DNA from: Bacillota bacterium
GTDB taxonomy: Bacteria; Bacillota; DTU025
DNA length: 64,000 nt
Assembly (NCBI GenBank): GCA_050951805.1
Contig: JBMNJT010000008.1
Coordinates: forward strand, 224,001-288,000
Direction of reading: 5' to 3'
Under the pieces are notes generated by a model, which was not told where the DNA came from, made no database searches, and saw only the letters and a program-made list of their open reading frames with translations. The position numbers and the translations under genes are program-made. The number at the start of each line of letters is the position of its first letter. Position 1 is the first letter of the stretch. Below are positions 28,541 through 38,295 of the stretch, in pieces.

Positions 28541-29042
28541 TCGTCTACAGGATTGTGGCCGAAGAAAAACGAGCGTCAAATCGCCGGCGCGCTTTTGCAA
28601 TCGAGGGCGAGAATGGGTTCCACAGCTTTCGATGTGGTCACAACCGGTCACTGTTCCGGCAGAGATGACCAGGGAATCTATGGCATACTGAGACGGTTTC
28701 AGGCAATCGACAACTATACGGAAACGCATAAGCCTATGTATTGGATCGGCGGGAGGGAAAATGTCTAGGCCTTGGTCAGCCTATGTTCAAAGACTGATTA
28801 CTTGCGGTTGCGACGTGGCTAGAGGCTGGATAGCTTTGCTGACGAGTCCTGTTTTTTGTATCTTGGTCCGACGCAGCGCCGATTTCTTTGTCTGCCACAT
28901 GGTCGAAAAGACTGATAGACCGGCAATAACGTGTCTGAGAAATTGCCGCAAAGTAGCGACCTGCCTGCGATGAGTCCATGGGCAGTACTTATGGCGCTTC
29001 AGATCGTGTGCGACTGAGGTGAAAGACAGCTCAGGCACCCGA

Positions 29043-29842
29043 CTAGGTAACTTCCGACAGTTGTTGCGCTATCGGTTAGCCTGCCATATGATGTCTGCTA
29101 GGCGTAGACACATCTTTGCACCTGTGTCGCAGTGCGGTAATCGGTTCGCATTTGTACATCGACAACGTACGCATCTTGGCCTTAGCCATAGACGCTCGCA
29201 GCATTCAGCCGCGCCGGGATATGATCCCGGGGGCAAAGCCAGGGTAGATCGAAATCCCGGTTCGACGCTCGCAGGCAACCGTCTTCTTTACAACCACGAA
29301 AGCGACGCGTATGCGCTCCCGACCGTGAGATCCGTGTGAGCGCTCCGGCAGTCTATGCATTCAACACACTCATATGAAAGGGCAACTTGGGCCTGCCTTC
29401 AGCGAATGTGTCTATTATTTAGTCGCTTTTCGGGCGCGGGTGTCTAAGTCTTAGACTGGCCCCGTCTAGATTTTAGCCGCTTGAAGTCGGGAGGCAATCT
29501 TAGGCAGGGATAATCCGGAAGCTAATGGCATAAGGGGTCAGTTTCCGGGGATAAATGACTATGCAGGAGTGCGTATACCCATATATTGGCTTGGAGCGCA
29601 GGCAAGTGTCTAAGTTTTAGACCGCTACCGTCTAGTTTTTGAACGCTTTGCGATCGCAAATGTCTAAAAATTGGACTGGTCTGCAAAACCTGCTTGCCCC
29701 CGCGGTGAACCTTGGCTGGCTCCACGCCGCACGGCGCTTCCCTAGGCTTCTACCGAAGGCCAAATTTACAAGTAAAAGACCTTAGCAGTCCCTCAGCGGC
29801 AGTACAAACTCGAGGGGCAGAGATTTGTTGCGGTCTACTTAG
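29043..29842. mobile_element. Non-autonomous IS630-like MITE, copy 1 (carries an internal insertion)
   Basis: About 90% identical by eye to 54908-55498; imperfect terminal inverted repeats; flanked by TA, with reconstructed empty site GACTAGTC. Confidence 0.7.
29408..29676. repeat. Four copies of a 17-bp near-palindromic motif (core GTCTA...TAGAC) inside MITE copy 1
   Basis: GTGTCTATTATTTAGTC (29408), GTGTCTAAGTCTTAGAC (29440), GTGTCTAAGTTTTAGAC (29606), ATGTCTAAAAATTGGAC (29660). Confidence 0.65.
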
Positions 29843-30078
29843 TCCTGTGATTGCCTTATCGGTAGTGAAACACATGTTGCTTGCAGCCTGTTCAGCGTCT
29901 TCCTCACTTATTGAACGTTATCGCCTTTTGTAATACTTGCATTATGCTCGAGATGCTTCTCATGGAGAACGTGCTTTCGTCATCCGAAGCCTTGCTGGCT
30001 GTGGCTTGAGAGGGGTTAGCGGATGGTTGGACCCGAGGCAAAAAGCGCAGCACAAAAACTCAAAGAAGTTCAGCCATG

Positions 30079-30107
30079 TTGTGAAAGTCAAATCCTAGTG
30101 ATATAAT
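30079..30107 (+). promoter_or_regulatory. Sigma-A promoter of pyrG
   Basis: TTGTGA-N17-TATAAT with extended TGn. Confidence 0.65.
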
Positions 30108-30148
30108 ACGAACTCGGTTAGTGGACATCCGGTAGAGGAGGCAGCTAG

Positions 30149-31762
<1,614 letters not shown>

Positions 31763-31828
31763 GCGCAGCTTATAGTCGTCATGGAATGAATGTGCTGTGG
31801 AAATAATGGTTAGTGAGGTTGCTTCGCC

Positions 31829-31858
31829 GGAGGATTTTGTTGTTGCTGTGGCGAATAG
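31829..31858 (+). promoter_or_regulatory. Sigma-H-like promoter upstream of rho
   Basis: GGAGGATTTT-N-GGCGAATA (AGGA-N18-GAAT). Confidence 0.55.
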
Positions 31859-32043
31859 CGTCTCTGTGACATGTTGAGGACCTTCGCGATCAAGCTAATG
31901 CTTCAAGCAAGTCTCATCACTAAAACCAATAGTATGCCCAATCAAATAGCCTCAATAGAAGTTCCCTTAGCGCACGGCGGTAGCCTGCGCGCCGGATGGC
32001 TCTGCCTTTAGCGCATATATCCTGAAAGGAAGATGCAACACAG

Positions 32044-33327
32044 ATGAATATTGCTGAATTGGAAAAGATGACCGTACCTGCGCTTCATGAAATCGCAAAG
32101 CAGCTGGGGATTCCGGGTCACTCGCAACTCCGAAAACAGGAGCTCACGTTCGAGATAACGAAAGCTGCCATTCAGAAGGAAGGCGCGCTGTGGGCAGATG
32201 GGATACTCGAAGTGCTCCCAGAAGGCTTCGGCTTTCTGCGCGTGGGGAAAATGACCCCCACCTCTGACGACATCTATATATCTCCTTCGCAGATTCGCAG
32301 GTTTGGCTTGCGGAAAGGGGACATGGTGTCAGGCCAGGTCCGTCCTCCGAAGGACGGCGAGAAGTATTTTGCGCTTCTCCGCGTTGAGGCCGTAAACGGG
32401 CTCGATCCCGAATTAGCGGCGCGGAGATCTCATTTCGAGGACCTCATCCCGGTCTATCCTGATGAACGACTGAAGCTGGAACATGATCCTAAGGATGTGA
32501 CGACGCGCCTCATAGACCTCATGGCGCCCATCGGCAAGGGGCAAAGAGGCCTTATCGTGTCGGCGCCTAAAGCTGGTAAAACCACGATACTTAAGAAGAT
32601 AGCAAACGCTCTGACGTATAACCACCCTGAATTGACCCTCCTCGTTCTGCTCATCGACGAACGACCCGAAGAAGTCACGGATATGGAACGTTCAGTTGAC
32701 GGCATGGTTGTGGCCTCAACTTTCGATCAGCCCTCTTCGAACCATGTGCGCGTTGCCGATATGGTGCTGGAGCGCGCCAAGCGCCTCACGGAGCACGGGA
32801 AAGACGTTTTGGTGTTGCTCGATTCCATCACGCGGTTGGCACGGGCATACAACCTCGAGGAACCGCCGTCAGGACGAACACTCTCGGGAGGCGTTGATCC
32901 GGCTGCTCTGCATCACCCCAAGAGGTTCTTCGGTGCGGCGAGAAACATCGAAGAAGGCGGCAGCCTTACAATCATAGCCACTGCGCTAGTGGACACTGGC
33001 AGCAGAATGGACGAGGTTATCTTCGAGGAGTTTAAGGGCACTGGCAACATGGAGTTGCATCTCGACCGGAAGTTGGCGGAAAAGAGGATCTTTCCAGCTA
33101 TTGACATTAACAAGTCGGGAACGAGAAAAGAGGAGCTTCTGATGGACGCGGAAGAGTTGGAGACCATGTGGTTGTTGAGAAAGGCCATGGCCACAACTGG
33201 TTCCACGGAGATGACTCAACTGCTTATTGACAGGATTCAGCGCACAAAGAGCAACGAAGAGTTGATCAACATAATCCGCAAATCCCAGTTCGCCGAGAAT
33301 GTGCGAAACTGGCACAATTCAATGTGA
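32044..33327 (+). CDS. rho: Transcription termination factor Rho
   Basis: [59 protein letters not shown]. Confidence 0.98.
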   Translation: MNIAELEKMTVPALHEIAKQLGIPGHSQLRKQELTFEITKAAIQKEGALWADGILEVLPEGFGFLRVGKMTPTSDDIYISPSQIRRFGLRKGDMVSGQVRPPKDGEKYFALLRVEAVNGLDPELAARRSHFEDLIPVYPDERLKLEHDPKDVTTRLIDLMAPIGKGQRGLIVSAPKAGKTTILKKIANALTYNHPELTLLVLLIDERPEEVTDMERSVDGMVVASTFDQPSSNHVRVADMVLERAKRLTEHGKDVLVLLDSITRLARAYNLEEPPSGRTLSGGVDPAALHHPKRFFGAARNIEEGGSLTIIATALVDTGSRMDEVIFEEFKGTGNMELHLDRKLAEKRIFPAIDINKSGTRKEELLMDAEELETMWLLRKAMATTGSTEMTQLLIDRIQRTKSNEELINIIRKSQFAENVRNWHNSM

Positions 33328-33556
33328 GGCGCATCCCGCAATCAAAGTCAAGGAGTATCTGAGAGTTCCTCGTCTGGAGCAGTGAGCTCTTGATGAGCCC
33401 CTCGTTTCATTTTCTTGGGCTTCTCATGTGTCCGGAAATATCGGCGTGGACAGGCAGTCGACGCTTAGGGATGACCTTCTTCTCGCATGTGGTTATAATA
33501 TGTAGTATGGCCATCAACCACGAGGCTTTGGAGTCAGGCTTATTGGAGGGAGACGG

Positions 33557-34699
33557 TTGCCAAAACAAGGATTAGCTGCGTTTATGTGCGTGCTCGTTAT
33601 CTCTTTTTGCGTGCCAACATTTTCTTGTGGCGCTATGGCGGCGGGTTCTGATGAGGTGAGCTTCAGCACCGATGTAATGCGCAGATCCGGTGCTTTGGAA
33701 CTTGTAAAAGCCATATTCAGCCGCAGCTGGACGATACTTCTAGCGGCACTTGGAGCCAAGTCCGATGTGGTTGCTGACTGGGAAAGCGGATTGTATCCGA
33801 GGAAGCCCCGTCTGGACCCTGGTGCCAATATAATATCCACCCTGAAAACAGAGAGCGAGCTCATAGGCCCGAGCGTTGCAGCGACGAATGCCCTGGACTT
33901 GGACGCTGGGAAACAAGGTAGCTCTTCATCGTTTGCTCGGGCTCAAGCAAGCATTGTTACACACCGGGTGGAGCAGGGTGAAAGCTTATGGACCATCGCA
34001 AACAGCTATGGAGTGAGCATAGAGACGATAAGTTGGGCCAATTCGTTGGCCAATCCCAACAAACTCAAGGTCGGACAGGTCCTTACTTTCCCTTCAGTTA
34101 CAGGCGTGATACACGAGGTTAGCCGCGGCGATACCGTATGGACTATTGCCAAGAGGTACGGCGTCAGCCGGGATAAGATTGTCGAGGCTAACGCCATTGC
34201 GGACCCTGATGCCCTGAAAGTGAAGCAATCCCTCGTTATTCCCGGGGGCAAACCCCCAGTGACTAGTAGTCGCATCGTGGTAGCCTCGAGAGGGTCATCT
34301 GATGGAAGAATCTCCGGTGCGGCATCATCGGGCGGAAGCCTCTCCTGGCCGGTTTCGGGAAGGATTACATCGAGGTTCGGACCTAGATGGGGCCGCATGC
34401 ATAATGGCGTCGACATTGCTGTGCCGACCGGCACATCTGTATCGGCGGCTGCTGCAGGCTGTGTCATCTTTGCGGGCTGGAGAGGCGGCTACGGACGGCT
34501 CGTCATCCTGGACCATGGAAATGGCTTGCAAACATACTACGGACACAACTCAGCTATCACCGTGTCCCGCGGGGAACAGGTTGCAGCCGGTGAAAGGATC
34601 GCCTTGTCCGGGAGTTCGGGGATTTCCACTGGTCCTCACGTTCATTTTGAGGTGAGGGCGGGCGGCAAGCCTCAGGATCCAATGGGTTATCTGCCCTAA
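33557..34699 (+). CDS. LysM-domain M23 metallopeptidase
   Basis: Signal peptide; two LysM repeats (HRVEQGESLWTIA, HEVSRGDTVWTIA); HNGVD and STGPHVHFE. Confidence 0.92.
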   Translation: MPKQGLAAFMCVLVISFCVPTFSCGAMAAGSDEVSFSTDVMRRSGALELVKAIFSRSWTILLAALGAKSDVVADWESGLYPRKPRLDPGANIISTLKTESELIGPSVAATNALDLDAGKQGSSSSFARAQASIVTHRVEQGESLWTIANSYGVSIETISWANSLANPNKLKVGQVLTFPSVTGVIHEVSRGDTVWTIAKRYGVSRDKIVEANAIADPDALKVKQSLVIPGGKPPVTSSRIVVASRGSSDGRISGAASSGGSLSWPVSGRITSRFGPRWGRMHNGVDIAVPTGTSVSAAAAGCVIFAGWRGGYGRLVILDHGNGLQTYYGHNSAITVSRGEQVAAGERIALSGSSGISTGPHVHFEVRAGGKPQDPMGYLP

Positions 34700-34728
34700 A
34701 AGCGCCATGTTGAAACAGGAGATGTTCT

Positions 34729-35988
34729 ATGTTATCTACAGCAGTCAGCGATCACCAAGGCCGAGTATTCAGAAATGATAATCTGCATGCGGCGGCGCGC
34801 ACAGGCAATACCCTCGTGGAGCTGTTAGAGTCTGACGTAATCCCGATGCCGGAAGGCGGAAGTTTGATGCGCCTTCCTAGTCGGAGGCCTGTAGGCATTG
34901 ATGCGACATCAGGCCAATTCGTCAGTGCTGGACTTGAAGAGGCGGTAGCAGCAGTCCTTCCTCAGGGCTACACTCGCACGTTTCTTCCCGCATACATAGG
35001 ATTGGAGGGGGCGCCACAACTTCCGCTCTTCGGTTATTCTGCTGTGGCTTTTGCCGGTGATCAGTTGATGGTAGCTGCAATCAGGACTGATGAGCGAGAC
35101 ACGTGGGATCCGATCCATTACAACCTTCCAGAGCTTGCAGAGGATATTGAGAGGCGACTGAGACAATTCCCCGAAAACCGCATACTTGCGCAGCTCGCCA
35201 GATGTGCAACAGAATACCAATGCTTCACTGCCCAGAACGTATTCTACGGGCGTTGGGAAGGCGGCATCCCTGTCTCGCCCACGTGTAATGCCAATTGCCT
35301 AGGGTGCATATCACTCCAGGCGTCAGAGTGCTGTCCCTCCCCTCAGCAACGGATAGATTTCGTCCCCACAGTCTCTGAGATTGTTGAAGTGGCGTTGCCC
35401 CATCTGGAGAAAGCTGTCGGGGGGATAATCAGCTTTGGCCAGGGATGTGAGGGCGAGCCCACTCGCCAGTGGCCGACGATCGTCGAGGCATGCCGGGAAT
35501 TGCGTCAGCGGACGGATGCGGGTACGATCAATGTGAATACGAATGCCGGTGATGTGCACGCCATCGAGGCGATATGTGATGCAGGGGTTGACTCGCTCCG
35601 CGTGAGCCTTGCCAGTGCCCGCCCTGATTATTATGGCAGATACCATAGGCCTCGTGGTTGGTGCCTTGCAGATGTTGAAAGCTCGATTATTGCTGCCCGA
35701 AGCCGCAGTTTGTTCGTATCGCTCAACTACCTGGTATTTCCTGGGTTTTTTGACCAGGAACCCGAGGTTGACGCGTTATGCGATCTCATAGAACGTTGTG
35801 ATATCCAGATGCTCCAGCTTCGAAACCTCAACATCGACCCAGACATCTACGCCGACGTCATGCTCACGGAAAATGTCGATTCCGATTCGTTTTATCCTGC
35901 GGGAGTGGATGAAGCCATCGCCCATATCAGAGATTGCTTCCCCAGCCTAGCAATTGGCAATTTCACCATGCCAATTCAAAGGAAATAG
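34729..35988 (+). CDS. Uncharacterised radical SAM protein
   Basis: CNANCLGC (CxxxCxxC), SFGQGCEGEP, NVNTNAG, LRVSL. Confidence 0.88.
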   Translation: MLSTAVSDHQGRVFRNDNLHAAARTGNTLVELLESDVIPMPEGGSLMRLPSRRPVGIDATSGQFVSAGLEEAVAAVLPQGYTRTFLPAYIGLEGAPQLPLFGYSAVAFAGDQLMVAAIRTDERDTWDPIHYNLPELAEDIERRLRQFPENRILAQLARCATEYQCFTAQNVFYGRWEGGIPVSPTCNANCLGCISLQASECCPSPQQRIDFVPTVSEIVEVALPHLEKAVGGIISFGQGCEGEPTRQWPTIVEACRELRQRTDAGTINVNTNAGDVHAIEAICDAGVDSLRVSLASARPDYYGRYHRPRGWCLADVESSIIAARSRSLFVSLNYLVFPGFFDQEPEVDALCDLIERCDIQMLQLRNLNIDPDIYADVMLTENVDSDSFYPAGVDEAIAHIRDCFPSLAIGNFTMPIQRK

Positions 35989-36024
35989 CCTGTCAGGACA
36001 TCCCACATCATGTGCCTGGACGCG

Positions 36025-36041
36025 TCTGACCTTGTTTGACC
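36025..36041 (-). promoter_or_regulatory. CtsR box (distal)
   Basis: Reverse strand reads GGTCAAA-CAA-GGTCAGA, matching RGTCAAA-NAN-RGTCAAA. Confidence 0.7.
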
Positions 36042-36090
36042 AAATTGGTCAGTTGCCGGTTTGTATAGCTACAAGAGGCCTTTAGGCATG

Positions 36091-36146
36091 TTGCTCTTTT
36101 GGACAGACAAGTGTATCATGGTACTAAAAGGTCAACAATGGTCAGA
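36091..36146 (+). promoter_or_regulatory. Sigma-A promoter and proximal CtsR box of the ctsR-clpC operon
   Basis: TTGCTC-N17-TATCAT (36091-36119), then GGTCAAC-AAT-GGTCAGA (36130-36146). Confidence 0.7.
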
Positions 36147-36162
36147 TCAACGGGAGGACGCG

Positions 36163-36636
36163 ATGGGCAGTCTATCGGATTACATTGAGAGTTATTTAAA
36201 ACTGCTGCTTGACACGGGCCCTCATGGCTTTGTGGAAGTGCAAAGACGGGAGCTTGCTGAGAGATTCAGGTGCGCTCCGTCGCAGATCAATTACGTGTTG
36301 TCCACACGCTTTACCGTTGAGCGCGGATATGTTGTAGAAACCAGACGCGGCGGAGGCGGCTACATCAGAATCTTCAAGCTTGACGACGAACCTGAAACGA
36401 GTGGCATTCAGATGGTGTACGAGTCCGTAGGAGATGCTATTGACCGTAAGGCAGCGGAAGACCTGATCGCTAGGCTTGTTGATATGGGCGCCCTCGATTG
36501 CAAAGACGCGGCCTGTGTTCGAGCCGCAGTCTTCGATCAGGAAAGCGATGAAGACCCTGAACTTGAGGGGATCATACGGGCGCGGGTGCTCCGTGCCGTG
36601 CTTATGCTGATGCTGACACGGCCGCCGATGGAGTAG
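36163..36636 (+). CDS. ctsR: Class III heat-shock repressor CtsR
   Basis: MGSLSDYIESYL, FRCAPSQINYVLSTRFT.ERGY.VETRRGGGGYIRI. Confidence 0.95.
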   Translation: MGSLSDYIESYLKLLLDTGPHGFVEVQRRELAERFRCAPSQINYVLSTRFTVERGYVVETRRGGGGYIRIFKLDDEPETSGIQMVYESVGDAIDRKAAEDLIARLVDMGALDCKDAACVRAAVFDQESDEDPELEGIIRARVLRAVLMLMLTRPPME

Positions 36637-36653
36637 AACAGGGAGGGTAAGCA

Positions 36654-37250
36654 ATGATTTGCCAGGTGTGTCGTGAGAAACCAGCGACTGTGCATGTAAC
36701 AAAGGTCGTGAATAATGTCCGCACTGAACTCCACCTCTGCCAGCAATGTGCCAGGGAGCGTGGGGAACTGCACGTGCTGAGCACGCCCAGTTTTGCTATT
36801 TCCAACCTACTCGCCGGGCTTCTTCAGGGTGACCTGGGCCACGAGGTGCATGTTGGGATTCCCGATGGCGCCGGCAGAAAGTGCAGAACGTGTGGGCGCG
36901 ATTATTCTGAGTTCGTGAATAGCGGGTTTCTTGGGTGTGCGGATTGCTATTCTGAGTTTGCGCCGCTGCTTAACCCTCTTTTGGGACGCATTCACGGACA
37001 TGTACGCCACACAGGAAAGGCGCCCAGAAGAGCAGGGAAGGCTGTGCGTTTTCGCAGAGAAATAGATGACCTCCGCAGGAGGCTGCAGCAGTACGTTGAG
37101 GCGGAAGAATACGAGAAGGCGGCCATAGTCCGCGACGAGATTCGCAGGCTAGAGAAGGCTGCGGCTGAGGTCGAGATCGATGGCACAGGCGGCGACGCGG
37201 AAGCTAAGGAAAAGGGAGGCAGTGGGGATGGCGGCGAAGAGACCGTATGA
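36654..37250 (+). CDS. mcsA: McsA, activator of the protein-arginine kinase
   Basis: CQVC, HLCQQC, CRTC, LGCADCY; UVR domain EEYEKAAIVRDEI. Confidence 0.95.
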   Translation: MICQVCREKPATVHVTKVVNNVRTELHLCQQCARERGELHVLSTPSFAISNLLAGLLQGDLGHEVHVGIPDGAGRKCRTCGRDYSEFVNSGFLGCADCYSEFAPLLNPLLGRIHGHVRHTGKAPRRAGKAVRFRREIDDLRRRLQQYVEAEEYEKAAIVRDEIRRLEKAAAEVEIDGTGGDAEAKEKGGSGDGGEETV

Positions 37251-38295
37251 GAAGAATCGCGCAGTATGGATGGCCGGGGATGGTCCAGATGCGGATATCG
37301 TGGTATCTAGCCGGGTGAGGCTCGCGCGGAATCTGCGCGGCGTACCCTTTCCACAGCAGGCCAATGATGAGCAGATGAAATCCGTTCTTGAGCAGGTAAT
37401 GGGGGCTGTCAGGGCAACTCCGTCCATTGGGCCCACTGAGATACTGGCCTTACAGGAACTGCTTCCTATAGAAAGACAGCTTGCGGTGGAGGAGCATTTG
37501 ACTTCGCCGCAACATATACAGGACCCAAAAAACAAGGCGATCGTCCTCAATCGGGACAAATCGGTTAGCATAATGGTGAACGAAGAAGACCACATGAGGA
37601 TACAGACGATATTGCCCGGGTTCCAGCTTGAAGAGGCTCTCAGGTTAGCTTCGGTTACTGACGACGCGGTGGAGGAGACGATCGATTACGCGTTCGACGA
37701 GAATCTGGGATATTTGTGTGCTTGTCCCACTAATGTCGGGACAGGGTTACGGGCTTCGGTAATGGTGCATTTGCCTGCCCTTGCTTTGGTGGGCATGGTG
37801 GGGCAGGTATTGGGAGCGGTATCTAAGGTCGGGGTTGCGGTGAGAGGCGCCTACGGTGAAGGCACCGAAGCTATCGGGAACATGTTCCAGGTTAGCAACC
37901 AGGTTACGATGGGTCGAGCGGAAGAGGAGATAGTTGCGCACCTCAAGGCTGTATGCGGGCAGCTTGCTGACAGCGAGCGCAACGCCAGAAAGGCTATAAT
38001 GTCGGACGCTAGGAATCAACTGGAGGACAGGGTCTGGAGATCCTATGGATTGCTGACCAATGCCAGGATCATCAGCTCAGATGAAGCACTTAAGCTCATC
38101 TCTGACGTGAAGCTCGGGGCTGATCTCGGGATCATCCCGGACCTTCCGCAATCCTGTTTTACGGTGTTATCAGTCGATATCATGCCCGCGCATGTGCAGG
38201 ACTTCGTGGGCAAAGAGCTCACTGCTTGGGAAAGAGATATGTGTCGGGCAACACTTATCAGAGAGCGTTTAGGGATGAACAAGGAGGAACATTAG
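37228..38295 (+). CDS. mcsB: Protein-arginine kinase McsB
   Basis: SSRVRLARN, MVNEEDHMRIQ, CPTNVGTGLRASVMVHLP. Confidence 0.95.
   Translation: MAAKRPYEKNRAVWMAGDGPDADIVVSSRVRLARNLRGVPFPQQANDEQMKSVLEQVMGAVRATPSIGPTEILALQELLPIERQLAVEEHLTSPQHIQDPKNKAIVLNRDKSVSIMVNEEDHMRIQTILPGFQLEEALRLASVTDDAVEETIDYAFDENLGYLCACPTNVGTGLRASVMVHLPALALVGMVGQVLGAVSKVGVAVRGAYGEGTEAIGNMFQVSNQVTMGRAEEEIVAHLKAVCGQLADSERNARKAIMSDARNQLEDRVWRSYGLLTNARIISSDEALKLISDVKLGADLGIIPDLPQSCFTVLSVDIMPAHVQDFVGKELTAWERDMCRATLIRERLGMNKEEH

Noticed and set aside
28553-28768. 71-aa ORF containing VVTTGHCSG, reminiscent of an MBL-fold C-terminal GHC[TS]G motif
   Set aside because: A single short motif with no RBS and no other family features; not enough to call a pseudogene.
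29069-29278. Cys-rich 69-aa minus-strand ORF present in both MITE copies (also 54935-55144), and the overlapping plus-strand ORFs of about 105 aa
   Set aside because: Substitutions between the copies show no third-position bias and many change the amino acid, so the ORFs persist only because the DNA copies are similar.
29408-29676. CRISPR array interpretation of the repeated palindromic motif
   Set aside because: Repeats are short and degenerate, spacing is irregular, and there are no cas genes in the window.
36061-36162. Upstream extensions given in the ORF track (ctsR, hydC, hydB, hydA, ntpC, cysS, sigH, tldD, pmbA, 26987 fusion)
   Set aside because: They overlap promoters, operators or neighbouring genes; downstream starts with good RBSs match the family N-termini.
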